From the NCBI GenBank assembly GCA_965655095.1, contig OZ296648.1, forward strand, positions 156,240,001 through 156,304,000: a stretch of DNA of 64,000 bases, read 5' to 3'. Shown here one piece after another: positions 27,701 to 42,700 of this stretch. The stretch is from Haplodiscus bocki. Its lineage: Eukaryota. The position numbers and the translations under genes are program-made. The stretch's first letter is position 1. Each line of letters begins with the position of its first letter. The notes below the pieces were generated by a model, which ran no database searches, had not been told where the DNA came from, and was given only the letters and a program-made list of their open reading frames with translations.

Positions 27701-30700
27701 CATTGGCCTCGCCTCGCCACTTGTTGAAAAATACCTCATCATGTTTTCGTTGTTGAAGAATTAAAAACAAAAAATTTTTCATGGTTTGTAGACGGTTTTA
27801 ATGCCCATTTGCTGACATTATTTCAATTGAGCACAACTGGGATCAGAAGGAAGTGAGTGATGCTTCTGAAAAATGTACGGAAGTTATCTATGAAGTCCTT
27901 GCTTCGTTCTCTGTACGAAGCAGACTTGCCAATAATTTTCGACAGCTGAAAAAATTCTCAGAAGCCTTGATTCCACTAAAAACTGAGCTCCTACACAAAG
28001 TTTTTCTTCTTAGCACACATTACTCCAAACAAGGAGCTTGTTCCAAAGTAAATAGAAAAAATGTATTTTGGGTAAAAGTTTTGTCTTCGGTGAGCTTTTG
28101 ATGAATTGTACAAGGATGAAAAACGTTCAGTAGTTCCGAAGTTTGTCGCAAGTTGAGCTTCGTTTCGAAACTCGACTGATTCACCGCTCAAGTGTATTCA
28201 GCAGATCAAACATAGAGTCCCAGAAATCAGAAAAACTATACTGATAACCAGCAGCTTTTCTCCCATTAACAACAATTAGAACCCAACTTTTTCCATTGGT
28301 GTATTTCTGGTAAACCACAGGTTTTCTTGAAATTTTGCCATTTACGTCAAGCCACGTTTTTCTAAGTATCAACACTTTGTCAGATATTATTTCCGGTTGT
28401 TTTTTGGACAAAGTCACATCGTAATGCTAATTGTTTGCTGAAGAAACTAAAGTTCCTATATTGATGTCTTTTGAAAATTTTCTTGCACTTCTTTCAGCGA
28501 AATTTTTTTACGGAAAAAGGGGGGGGGATTTTTTGTCATCCTGGTTCTGCATCAGTGCAAAGGCATCCAATTGGCGTAATTCGATTGTTCAATTAGTTGA
28601 ATTAGCATCGTACTACCGGTAAATTATAACAAAGTAAATGTTTGTTCCGCGTAAGAGTTGAACGTTCTGCAAAAGTATGTTTTCCCGAACGTCCAGATAT
28701 TTACAATTTTAATTGTTGTGGACTTTGATTGAACTAGCCGAAGTTAATTTGGCAAGTCAATGGGACACTTCAATTGCAATTGCAAAGCTTTTGGATCGTG
28801 AAATTGTGAGTTGATTTCTAATTCAGCAGATGCATGTCGACGTTTTATCGGTTAAAACCTGAAAAGGGAATGTTTCCGTCAGTTTCTTTTTGGCCTTGCC
28901 TCGCCACTGGTTGAAAAATACCTCATCAGGTTTTCGTTGTTGAAAAATTAAACCTATAAATATTGCATAGTTTTTAGACAATTTTATCGCCCGTTTGCTG
29001 ACATTATCTCAAGTGAGCGCAACTGGTATCAGAACTAAGTGAGTGATGCTTCTGAAAATTGTACGGAAGTGAGCCTTGAAGCACTTGCTTCGCTTTATGT
29101 ACGAAGCAGATTTGTAAATATTTTCCGGCAGCCGAAACAATTCTCAGAAATCTTGATTCCACTGAAAACTGACCTCATGCACAAAGTTTTCCTTCTTAGC
29201 GCACATTACTCCAAACAGAGAGCCTGTTACAAAGTGAATAGAAAAATCGCTTTTGGGTAAAACATTTATCGTCGGTCAGCTTTTGAAGAATTGTACATTG
29301 ATGAAAAACGTTTAGTAGTCCCGAGGTTTGTCGCAAAATGAAATTGGTTTTGAAAACCACCTGATTCACAGCTCAAGAGTATACAACAGATCAAACATAG
29401 AGTCACAGAAATCAGAAAAACTATACCGATAACCAGCAGTTTTTTTCCCATTAACCACATGTAGAACCCAATTTCTTTGATCGGTGTCTTTATGGCAAAC
29501 CACAACTTTTCTTGATATTTCGCAATTTACGTCAAACCACGGTTTTCTGAGTATCATCACGATGTCAGATATTACTTCCGGTTGCTTTTTGGACAAAGTC
29601 ACATCGTATTGCTCAATGTTTGACGGAAAAACTTAAAAACTCCTTTATCGATTTCTTTAATAAATATGTTTGAACTTTTTCAGCGAAGTTTTTTACGGAA
29701 AAAGACGGCGAATTCTCGCAAATTCTTGTTATCTTGGTTCTGCATCAGTGCAAAGGCATCCAATTGGCGTATGTTGATTGTTCAATTAGTTGCATTAGCA
29801 TCGTATTGACGGTAAATTATAACAAACTCCACGTTTGTTTCGCGCAAGAAGTGAATGTTCTGCAAAAGTATGTTTTCTTCATCGTCCAGACTTTTACAAA
29901 TTTTCTTGTAGTGGACTTTAATTGAACTAGCCGAAGTTAATTTCACAAGTCGCTGGGACACTTAATTCCAATTGGAAAGCTTTTGGAACGTAAGATTGTG
30001 ACTTGGTTTCTAATTCAGCAGATGCATGTCGACGTTTTTTCGGTCAAAACCTGAAAAGGGTTTGTTTCCGTCAGTTTCTTATTTGCCTCGCCTCGCCACT
30101 GGTTGAAAATTACTCCATCACGTTTTCGTTGTTGAAAAATTAAACATTACTTTGCATGGTTTGTAGACGGTTTAAAGCCCATTTGCTGACAATAATTCAA
30201 GTGAGCACAACTGGGATCAGAACAAAGTGAGTGATGCTTCTCAAAATTGTACGGAAGTGATCAATGAGGTATTTGCTTCGTTTTATGTAGGAAGCAGACT
30301 TGTAAATATTTTCCGACAGCCGAGACAATTCTCAGAAATCTTGATTCCACTAAAAAGTGAGCTCCTACACAAAGTTCTCCTTCTTAGCGCACATTACTCC
30401 AAAGAGAAAGCTTGCTACGAAGTAAATAGAAAAAATGTTTTTAAGGTAAAAGTTTTTTCTTCGGTGAGCTTTTGATGAATTGTACAATGATGAAAAACAT
30501 TTAGTAGTACCGGAATTTGCGGAAATTAAACTTCGTTTTGAAAGTCAACTGATTCACTGCTCAAGAGTATACAGCAGATCAAACATAGAGTGCCTGAAAT
30601 CAGAAAAACTATACTGATAACCAGCAGCTTTTTTCCCATTAACAGCACGTAGAACCCTTTTTTTATTGGTGTTTTTATGGCAGACCACAAGTTTTCTTGA

Positions 30701-33700
30701 AATTTCGCCATTTACGTCAAGCCACATTTCTCTACGTATCAATACCTTGTCATATTTTACTGCCAGATGCTTTTTGGTCAAAGTCACATCGTAAGGCTAA
30801 TTGTTTGCTGAGGAAACTAAAGTTCATATATTGATGTCTTTGGAAAAAAATTTTTTTTTGCACTTCTTTCAGCGAAATTTTTTACGGAAAAGGGGGCGAA
30901 TTATTGTCATCTCGGTTCTGCATCAGTGCAATGGCATCCAATTGGCGTAATTCGATTGTTCAATTAGTTTATTCAGCATCGTACTAGCGGTAAATTGTAA
31001 CAAATTCCATTTTTGTTTCGCGCAAGACGTGAAAACTCTTCAAAAGTATGTTTTCATCATCGTCCAGAGTTTTGGAAATTTTTATTGTTGTGGACTTTAA
31101 TTGAACTAGCCGAAGGTAATTTCACAAGTCATTGGGACACTTCAATTGCAATTGCAAGGCCTTTGGAACGTAAGATTGTGACTTGGTTCCTAATTCAGCC
31201 AGCAGATGCATGTTGCCGTTTTGTCGGTTCAAACCTGAAAAAGGAATGTTTCCGTCAGTTTCTTATTGGTCTCGCCTCGCCACTGGTTGAAAATTACCTC
31301 ATCACGTTTTCCTTGTTGAAAAATTAAACATAGAATTTTTTCATGGTTTGTAGACGGTTTTAATGCCCATTTGCTGACATCATTTCAGGTGATCACAACT
31401 GAGATCAGAACAAATTGAGTGATGCTTCTGAAAATTGTACGGAAGTGATCTATGAAGTACTTGCTCCGCTTTATGTACGAAGCAGATTTGTAAATTTTTT
31501 CAGAAAGCCGAAACAAATCTCAGAAATCTGGTTTTCACTAAAAAATGAGCTCCTACACAAAGTTTCCATTCTTAGCGCACATTACTCCAAACAGAGAAGT
31601 TGTTACAAAGAGATTTAAAAAATGTTTTTTGGGTATAAAATTTATCGTCGGTGAGCTTTTGAAGAATTGTACAATGATGAAAAACGTTCAGCAGTCCCGA
31701 AATTTGTCGCAAAATGAACTTGGTTTTGAAAACCACCTGATTCATCGCTCAAGAGTATACAACAGATCAAACATAGAGTCTCAGAAATCAGAAAAACTAT
31801 ACTGATAACCAGCAGCTTTTTTCCCATTAACAACACGTAGAACCCAATTTCTTTGATTGGTGTCTTCATGGCAAACCACAGGTTTTCTTGAGATTTCGCC
31901 ATTTACGTCAAGCCTCGTTTTTCTAAGTAACATCACGTTGTCAGATATTGCTTCCGGTTGCTTTCTGGACAAAGTCACATCGAAATGCTAATTGTTTGAT
32001 GAAAAAAGTAAAAGTTCCTAATTTGATGTCTTTTAAAATAAATTTTGCACTTCTTTGTGCGAAGTTTTTTACGGAAAAAGAAGGTGAGTTCTTGTTATAT
32101 CGGTTCTGCATCAGTGCAAAGGCATCCAATTGGCTTAATTCGATTGTTCAATTAGTTGAATTAGTATCGTACTACCGGTAAATTATAAAGAAGTCCACGT
32201 TTTTTTGCGCAAGAGGTGAATGTTCTGCAAAAGTATGTTCTCTTCAACGTCCAGATTTTTACAAATTTTAGGTGGTGTGGACTTTGATTGAACTAGCGGA
32301 AGTTAATTTCACAAGTCATTGGGACACTTCAATTGCAACTGCAGAATTTTTGGAACGTAAAAATGTGACTTGGTTTCTAATTCAGCAGATGCATGTCAAC
32401 GTTTTGTCGGTTAGAACGTGAAAAAGGATTGTTTCCGTCAGTTTCTTATTGGCCTTGCCTCGCCACTGGTTGAAAAATACCTCATCACGTTTTCGTTGTT
32501 GAAAAATAAAACATAACTTTTGCATGGTTTGTAGACGGTTTTAAAGCCCATTTGCTGACATTAATTCAAGTGAGCACAACTGGGATCAGAACAAAGTGAG
32601 TGATGCTTCTAGAATTGTACGGAAGTGATCCATGAAGCACTTGCTGCGCTTTATGTACGAAGCAGACTTGTAAATATTATCAGAAAGCCAAAACAATCCT
32701 GAGAAATCTTGATTCCACTAAAAACTGAGCTGATACACAAAGTTTTCCTTCTTAGCGCGCATTACTCCAAACAGAGAGCCTGTTACAAAGTGATTAGAAA
32801 AATTGTTTTTTGGGTAAAATGTTTATCGTCGGTCAGCTTTTGAAGAATTGTACAATGATGAAAAACGTTTAGTAGTCCCGAGGTTTGTCGCAAAATGAAA
32901 TTGGTTTTGAAAACCACCTGATTCACCGCTCAAGAGTATACAACAGATCAAACACAGAGCCCCAGAAATCAGAAAAACTATACTGATAACCAGCAGCTTT
33001 TTTCCCATTAACAACACGTAGAACCCAATTTCTTTGATTGGTGTCTTTATGGCAAACCACAGGTTTTCTTGAATTTTCGCCATTTACGTCAAGCCACATT
33101 TTCTACGTATCAACAATTTGTGAGATATTACTTCCAGTTGCTTTTTGGACAAAGTCACATCGTAACGCTAAGTGTTTGATGGAAAAACTAAAGTTCCTAT
33201 ATTGATGTCTTTTAAAAAAAACTTTGCACTTCTTTCAGCGAAAAATCTTACGGAAAAGGAGGCCGAATTCTTGTTATCTCGGTTGTGCATCGGTGCAAGG
33301 GCATCCAATTGGCGTAAGTCGATTGTTCAATTAGTTGAATTAGCATCGTACTAGCGGTAAATTATAACAAAGTCCACGTTTGTTTCGCGCAAGAGGTGAA
33401 TGTTCTGCAAAAGTATGTTTTCTTCAACGTCCAGACTTTTACAACATTTTTTGTTGTGGACTTTGACTCTTTGATTGAACTAGCCGTAGTTAAATTCGTC
33501 AGTCATTGAAACACTTCAATTGCAATTGCAAAACTTTTGGAACGTAAAAATGCGACTTGGTTTTTAATTCAGCGGATGCATGTCGAAGTTTTGTTGGTTA
33601 AAACCTGAAAAAAGAATGTTTCCGTCAGTCTCTTGTGGGCCTCGCCTCGCCACTAGTTGAAAATTACCTCATCACATTTTCGTTGTTGAAGAAATAAACA

Positions 33701-36700
33701 TATAAATTTTGCATGGTTTTTAGACGGTTTTAAAGCCCATTTGTTGACATTATCTCAAGTGTACACAAGCGGGATCAGAACTAAGTGAGTGATGCTTCTG
33801 AAAACTGTTCGGAAGTGATATATGAAGTACTTGCTTCGTTCTATGTACAAAGCAGACTTGCAAACTTTTTCCGACAGCCGAAAAAATTCTTAGAACTCTG
33901 GATTCCACTAAAAATTGAGCTCCTACACAAATCTTTCCTTCTTGGCTTACATTACTCCAAACAGAGAACCTGTTCCAAAGTAAGTAGAAAAAGTGTTTTG
34001 TGGGTCAAATTTATGTCTTCGGTGAACTTTTGAAGAATTGTACAATGATGGAAAACGTTCAGTCGTCCCGATGTTTGTCGCAAATTGAACTTGGTTTTGA
34101 AAACCACCTGATTCACCGCTCGAGAGTATACAGCAGACCAAACATAGAATGCCAGAAATCAGAAAAACTATACTGATAAATAGCAGCTTTTTTCCCAATA
34201 ACAACACGTAGAACTCAATTTTTCCTGTTGGTGTCAATATGGCAAAACACAGGTTTTCCTGAAATTTCGCCATTCAAGTCGAGCCACGATTTTTTAAGCA
34301 TCACTGTGTCAGATAATACTTCCGGTTGCTTTTTGGACAAAGTCACATCGTAATGCTACTTGTTTGATGAAAAAACTGAAAATTCTTTCATTGATGTCTT
34401 TTAAAAACTTTTTTTTCACTTCTTTCAGCGAAGTTTTTCAAGTAAAGGGGGGGCGAATTCTTGTTCTCTCGGTTCTGCATCAGTGCAAAGGCTTCCAATT
34501 GGCATAATTCGATTGTTCAATTAGTTGAGTTAGCATCGTACTACCGGTAAATCATAACAAGGTCCATGTTTGTTTCGCGTAAGAGTTGAATGTTCTGCAA
34601 AAGTATGTTTTCCTGAACGTCCAGATTTTTACAACTTTTAATTGTTGTGGACTTTGATTGAACGAGCCGAAGTTAATTTTGCAAATCATTGGGACACTTC
34701 AATTGCAATTGCAAAGCTTTTGGAACGTGAAATTCGGACTTGGTTTCTAATTCAGCAGATGCATGTCGAAATTTTGTCGGTTAAAACCTGAAAAGGGAAA
34801 GTTTCCGTCAGTTTCTTATTGCCCTAGCCTCGCCACTGGTTGAAATTTACCTCACCACGTTTTCGTTGTTGAAGAATTAAACATAATAGTTTTGCATGGT
34901 TTGTAGACGGTTTTATCGCCCATTTGCTGACATTATCTCAAGTGAGCACAACTGGGATCAAAACTAAGTGAGTGATGCTTTTGAAAATTTTACGGAAGTT
35001 ACGTATAAAGTACTTGCTTCGTTCTATGTACGAAACAGACTTGCAAACGTTTTCCGACAGCCGAAAAAAATCTCAGAACTTTTGAACCCACTAAAAACTG
35101 AGCTCCTACACCAGGTTTGCCTTCTTAGCGCACATTGCTCCAAACAAAGAATTTGTTACAAAGTAAGTAAAAAAAGCGTTTTTTGGGTAAAAACTTTGTC
35201 TTCGGTGAAATTTGAAGAATTGTACAATGATGGAATACGTTTAGTAGTCCCGAAATTTGTCGCAAATTCAACTTGGTTTTGAAAACCACCTGATTCACCG
35301 CTCAAGAGTATACAGCAGATCAAACATAGAGTCCCAGGAATCAGAAAAACTATACTGATAACCAGCAGCTTTTCTCCCATTAACAAAACAAAGAACCCAA
35401 TTTCTTCGATTGGTGTCTTTATGGCAAACCACAGCTTCTCTTGAAGTTTCGCCGTTTACGTCAAGCCACAATTTTCTAAGTATCATCACGTTGTCAGATA
35501 TTACTTCCGGTTGCTTTTTGGACAAAGTCACATCGTAAAAATAATTGTTTGATGAAGAAAATTAAAAGATCCTATACCGATTTCTTTAACAGAATTGTTT
35601 GAACTTCTTTCAGCGAAGATTTTTTTTCGGAAAAAGACGGCGAATTCTTGCGAATTCTTGTTCTCTCGGTTCTGCATCAGTGCAAAGGCTTCCAATTGGC
35701 GTAATTCGATTGTTCAATTAGTTGAATTAGCATCGTACTACCGGTAAATTATAACAAAGTAAATGTTTGTTCCGCGTAAGAGTTGAACGTTCTGCAAAAG
35801 TATGTTTTCCCGAACGTCCAGATATTTACAATTTTAATTGTTGTGGACTTTGATTGAACTAGCCGAAGTTAATTTGGCAAGTCAATGGGACACTTCAAAT
35901 GCAATTGCAAAGCTTTTGGATCGTGAAATTGTGAGTTGATTTCTAATTCAGCAGATGCATGTCGACGTTTTATCGGTTAAAACCTGAAAAGGGAATGTTT
36001 CCGTCAGTTTCTTTTTGGCCTTGCCTCGCCACTGGTTGAAAAATACCTCATCAGGTTTTCGTTGTTGAAAAATTAAACCTATAAATATTGCATAGTTTTT
36101 AGACAATTTTATCGCCCGTTTGCTGACATTATCTCAAGTGAGCGCAACTGGTATCAGAACTAAGTGAGTGATTCTTCTGAAAATTGTACGGAAGTGATCT
36201 ATGAAGTACTTGCTTCGTTTTATGTACGAAGCAGACTTGTAAATATTTTCCGACAGCCGAAACGATTCTGAGAACTCTTGATTCTACTAAAAACTGAGCT
36301 CCCGCACAAAGTTTTTCTTCTTAGCGCACATTACTCCAAACAAAGAGCTTGTTACAAAGCAAGTAGAAAAAGTGTTTTTGGGGTAAAATTTTTGTGTTCG
36401 GTGAATTTTGAAGACTTGTACAATGATGGAAAAAGTTTAGTAGTCCCGAAGTTTGTCGCAATTTGAAAATCGCTCTGAAAACCACCGGACTCACCCCTCA
36501 AGAGTATGCAGCAGATCAGACATAGAGTCCCAGAAATCAGAAAAACTATTCTGACAACCAGCAGCTTCTTTCCCATTAACAACACGTAGAACCCAATTTC
36601 TTCGATTGGTGTCTTTATGGCAAACCACAGGTTTTCTTGAAATTTCGCCATTTACGTCAAGCCACGTTTTCTAGGTATCATCGCTTTGTCAGATAATACT

Positions 36701-39700
36701 TCCGGTTGCTTTTTGGACAAAGTCATTCCGTAATGCTAATTGTTTGATGAAAAAACTAAAAAATCTTATATTGGTGTCTTTTAGAGAATATTTTGCACCT
36801 CTTTCAGAAAATTTTTTACGGAAAAAGAGGGCGAATTCTTGTTGTCTCGGTTCTACATCAGTGCAAAGGCTTCCAATTGGCGTAATTTGATTGTTCAATT
36901 AGTTGAGTTAGCATCGTACTACCGGTAAATCTTAACAAGGTCCATGTTTGTTTCGCGTAAGAGTTGAATGTTCTGCAAAAGTATGTTTTCCTGAACGTCC
37001 AGATTTTTACAACTTATAATTGTTGTGGACTTTGGTTGAACTAGCCGAGGTTACTTTGGCAAGTCTTTGGGACACTTCAATTGCAATTGCACAGCCTTTG
37101 GAACGTAAAATTGTGACTTAGTTTCTAATTCAGCAGATGTATGTCGAAGTTTTGTCGGTTAAAACCTGAAAAGAGAAAGATTTCGTCAGTTTCTTATTGG
37201 CCTAGCCTCGCCACTGGTTGAAATTTACCTCACCACGTTTTCGTTGTTGAAGTTTTAAACATAGAAGTTTTTCATGGTTTGTAGACGATTTTATCAAGCA
37301 TTTGCTGACATTATCTCAAGTGAGCACAACTGGGATCAGAACTAAGTGAGTGATGCTTCTGAAAAAAGTACGGACGTGATCTATGAAGTACTTGCTTCGT
37401 TCTATGTACGAAGCAGACTTGTAAATAATTTCCGACAGCCGAAAACTTTCTCGGAACTCTTGATTCCACTAAAAACTGAGCTCCTACACAAGGTTTTCCT
37501 TCTTAGCGCACACTGTTCCAAACAGAGAATTTGTTACAAAGTAAGTAAAAAAAGTGTTTCTCGAGTAAAAACTTTGTCTTCGGTGAATTTTTTGAAGATT
37601 TGTCCAATGATGAGAAACGTTTAGTAGTCCCAAAGTTTGTCACAAACTGAACTTCATTTTGAAAATCACCTAATTCACTGCTCAAGAGTATACAGCAGAT
37701 CATCATAGAGTTCCAGAAATCAAAAGAAACTATACTGATAAACAGCAGCGTTTTTCCGATTAACAACACGTAGAAACCATTCTTTTCGATCGGTGATTTT
37801 ATGGCAAACCACAGGTTTTCCTGAAACTTCGCAACTCACGTCAAGCCACGTTTTTCTAAGTATCATCACTTTGTCAGACATTACTTCTGTTTGCTTTTTG
37901 GACAAAGTCACATCATAATGCTACATGTTTGATAAAGAAACTAAAAATTCCTATTTTGCTGTCTTGTAAAAGAAGTTTTTGCACTGCTTTCAACGAAGTT
38001 TATTACGGAAGAAGAGGGCGAATTTTTGTTCTCCCGGTTCTGCATCAGTGCAAAGGCATCCAATTGGCGTAATTCGATTGTGCAATTAGATGAATTAGCA
38101 TCGTACTAGCGGTAATTTATAACAAAGTCCACTTTTCTTTCGCGCATGAGGTGAATTTTCTGCAAAAGTATGTTTTCTTCAACGTCCTGACTTTTACAAC
38201 TTTTTTGTTGTGGATTTTGATTCTTTGATTGAACTAGCCGAAGTTGAATTCGCAAGTCATTGGAAAACATCATTTGCATTTGCAAAGCGTTTGGAACGCA
38301 ATATTGTGGTGTGGTTTCTTTTTCGGCAGACGCATGTCGTAGTTTTTGTCGGTTAAAACCTGAAAAGGGAATGTTACCGTCAGGTTTTCATTTGCCTCGC
38401 CTCGCCACTGGTCGAAATTTACCTCGTCACGTGTTAGTTGTTGAAAAAATAAACTTTTAATTTTTGCATACTTTGTAGACGATTTTAACGCCCATTTGCT
38501 GACACTATCTCAATTCAGCACAACTTGGTCAGAACTAAGTGAGTGATGCGTCTGAAAAAAGTACGGAAGTGATCTAGGAAGTATTTCCTTTGTTCTATGA
38601 ACGAAGCAGACTTGTAAATATTTTCCGACAGCCGAAACAATTCTCAGAAATCTTGATTGCACTGAAAACTGAGCTCCTACACAAAGTTTTCCTTCTTAGC
38701 GCATATTGCTCTAAACAGAGAGCTTGTTAAAAAGTAAATAGAAAAAATGTTTATCGGGTAAAATTTTTGTCTTCGGTGAGATTTTGAAAAATTTTACGAT
38801 GATGAAAAACGTTTAGTAGTCCCGAAGTTTGTCGCAAATTGAACTTTGTTTTGGAAATCACCCAATTCACCGCTCAAAAGTATACAGCAGACCAAACATA
38901 GAATGCCAGAAATCAGAAAAACTATATTGATAAATAGTAGCTTTTTTCCCAATAACAACACGTATAACCCAATTTTTTCTATTGGTGTCATTATGGCAAA
39001 CCACAGGTTTTCCTGAAACTTCGCCATTGAAATCGAGCCACGATTTTCTAGGTATCATCACTTTTTCAGATATTAATTCCGGTTGCTTTTTGGACACAGT
39101 CACATCGTAATGCTATTTGTTTGATGAAAAAACTAAAAGTTACTATATTGATGTCTTTAAAAAAAAGTTTTTTGCAATTCTCTCAGCGAAGTTTTTTACG
39201 GAAAAAGAGGGCGAATTCTTGTTCTGCCGGTTCTGCATCAGTTCAAAGGCATCCAATGGGCGTAATTTGACTGTTCAATTAGTTGAAATAGCATCGTACT
39301 AGCGGTAATTTATAACAAAGTCCACTTTTCTTTCGCGCATGAGGTGAATTTTCTGCAAAAGTATGTTTTCTTCAACGTCCTGACTTTTCAACTTTTTTGT
39401 TGTGGATTTTGATTCTTTGATTGAACTAGCCGAAGTTGAATTCGCAAGTCATTGGAAAACATCATTTGCATTTGCAAAGCGTTTGGAACGCAATATTGTG
39501 GTGTGGTTTCTTTTTCGGCAGACGCATGTCGTAGTTTTGTCGGTTAAAACCTGAAAAGGGAAAGTTACCGTCAGTTTCTTTTTGGCCTTGCCTCGCCACT
39601 GGTTGAAAAATACCTCATCAGGTTTTCGTTGTTGAAAAAATAAACCTATAAATTTTGCTTAGTTTTCAGACAATTTTATCGCCCGTTTGCTGACATTATC

Positions 39701-42700
39701 TCAAGTGAGCGCAACTGGTATCAGAACTAAGTGAGTGATTCTTCTGAAAATTGTACGGAAGTGATCTATGAAGTACTTGCATCGTTTTATGTACGAAGCA
39801 GACTTGTCATTTATTTCCGACAGCTGAAACAATTCTCAGAAATCTCGATTCCACTAAAAATTGAGCTCCCACACAAAGTTTTCCTTCTAAGCGCACATTA
39901 CTACAGACAGAGAACTTGCTACAAAACAAGTAGAAAAAGTGTTTTTTGTGTCAAATTTTTGTCTTCATTGAACTTTTGAAAAACTGCACAGTGATGAAAA
40001 ACGTTTCGTAGTCCCGAAGTTTTTCGCAAACTGAACTTCTTATTGAAAATCACCTGATTCAACTCTCAAGAGTATACAGCAGATCAAATATACAGTCCCT
40101 GAAGTGAGAAAAAACTATACTGTTAACCAGTAGCTTTTTCCCCGTTAACATCGCATGGTACCCATTTTTCCCGATCAGTGATTTTATGGCAAACCACAGG
40201 TTTGCTAGAAATATTGCCATTTACCTCAAGCCGCGCTTTTCCAAGTATCATCACCTTGTCAAGTACTACGTCCGGTTGAGTTTGGGGACAAAGTTACAAT
40301 GTAATTCTAATTGTTCGATGAAGTGAATAAAACTTCCTGATTCGATGTTTTGCAAACAACTTTTGGACAATTTTAGGCGAATTTTTTACCAAATAAGAAA
40401 CGGAATTCTTGTTCTCACGGTTCTGCATCAGTGCAAAGGCATCCGGATGGGGTAATTCGATTCTTCAATTGGTTAAATTAGCATCGTACTACCACTAAAT
40501 TATACCAAAGTCCATGTTTGTTTCGCGTAAGAAGTGAATGTTCTGCAGCAGTGTGTTTTCTTCAACGCCAAGAATTTTACAAATTGGTTTTTTTGTGGAC
40601 TTTGATTGCACTAGCTCAAGTTAATTACGCAAGTCATTGGGACACTTCAATTGCTATTGCAAAGCTTTTGGAACGTGAAGTTGTGGTGTGGTTTCTTTTT
40701 CGGCAGACGCATGTCGTAGTTCTGTCGGTTAAAACCTGAAAAGGGAAAGTTACCGTCAGGTTTTTATTGGCCTCGCCTCGCCACTGGTCGAAATTTACCT
40801 CGTCACGTGTTAGTTGTTGAAGAATTAATTTTTTAATTTTTGCATAGTTTGTAGACGGTTTTAACGCCCATTTGCTGACACTATCTCAAGTGAGCACAAC
40901 TGGGTCAGAACTAAGTGAGTGATGCTTCTGAAAAAAGTACGGAAGTGATCTATGAAGTACTTGCTTTGTTCTATGAACGAAGCAGACTTGTAAATATTTT
41001 CCGACAGCCGAAACAATTCTCAGAAATTTTGATTCCACTGAAAACAAAGCTCTGAGACAAAGTTTTCCTTCTTAGCGCACATTATTCCCAACAGAGATCT
41101 TGTTATAACGTGATTAGAAAAAATGTTTATTGGGTAAAATTTTTGTCTTCGGTGAGCTTTTGAAAAATTGTACGATGATGAAAAACGTTTAGTAGTCCCG
41201 AAGTTTGTCGTAAATTGAACTTCGTTTTGGAAATCACCTGATTCACCGCTCAAACGTATACAGCAGACTAAACATAGAATGCCAGAAATCAGAAAAACTA
41301 TACTGATAAAAAGCAGCTTTTTTCCCAATAACAACACCTAGAACCCAATTTTTTCTATTGGTGTCATTACGGCAAACCACAGGTTTTCCTGAAACTTCGC
41401 CATTCAAATCGAGGCACGATTATCTAGGTATCATCACTTTTTCAGATATTAATTCCGGTTGCTTTTTGGACACAGTCACAACGTAATGCTATTTGTTTGA
41501 TGAAAAAACTAAAAGTTACTATTTTGATGTCTTTTAAAAAAGTTTTTTGCAATTCTCTCAGCGAAGTTTTTTACGGAAAAAGAGGGCGAATTCTTGTTCT
41601 GCCGGTTCTGCATCAGTTCAAAGGCATCCAATGGGCGTAATTTGACTGTTCAATTAGTTGAAATAGCATCCTACTACCGGTAAATTATAACAAAGTCCAA
41701 GTTTGTTTTCCGTGAGAAGTGAATGTTCTGCAAAGTATGTTTTCTTCAAAGTCCAGACTTTTACAACTTTTGTTTGTTGTGGACTTTAATTGCACTAGCC
41801 AAAATTATTTTCTCAAGTCATTGGGACACTTCAATTGCAATTGCAAAGCTTTTGGAACGTAAAATTGTGACTTGGTTTCTAACTCAGCAGATGCGTGTCG
41901 AAGTTTCGTCTGTTAAAACCTGAAAATTGAATGTTTCCGACAGTTTCTTTCTGATCTCGCATCGCCACTGGTCGAAAACTACCTCGTCACGTTTTAGTTG
42001 TTGAAGAATTAAACAGTTAAGTTTCGCATAGTTTGTAGACAGTTTTAACGCCCATTTGCTGACATTATCTCAAGTGAACGCAGCTGGTATCAGAACTAAG
42101 TGAGTGATTCTTCTGAAAATTGTACGGAAGTGATCTATCAAGTACTTACTTCGTTCTATGTACGAAGCAGACATGTAAATCTTCTCCGACAGCCGAAATG
42201 ATTCTCAGAAACCTCGATTCCACTGAAAATTGAGCTCCTACACAAAATTTTCCTTCTTAGCGCACATTACTCCAAACAAGGAGCTTGTTACAAAACAAGT
42301 AGAAAAAGTGTTTTTTGGGTCAAATTTTTGTCCTCATTGAACTTTTGAAGAACTGTACAGTGATGAAAAACGTTTCGTGGTCCCGAAGTTTTTCGCAAAC
42401 TGAACTTCTTTTTGAAAATCACCTGATTCACATCTCAAGAGTATACAACAGATCAAACATAGAGTCACAGAAATCACAAAAACTATACTGATAACCAGCA
42501 GCTTTTTTCCCTTTAATAACACGTAGAACCCAATTTCTTTGATCGATGTATTTATGGCAAACCACAGGTTTGCTAGGAATTTTGCCATTTACCTCAAGCC
42601 GCGGTTTTCGAAGTATCATCACTTTGTCAAGTACTAGGTCCGGTTGAGTTTGGGGACAAAAATACAACGTAATGCTAATTGTTTGATGAAGTGAATAAAA

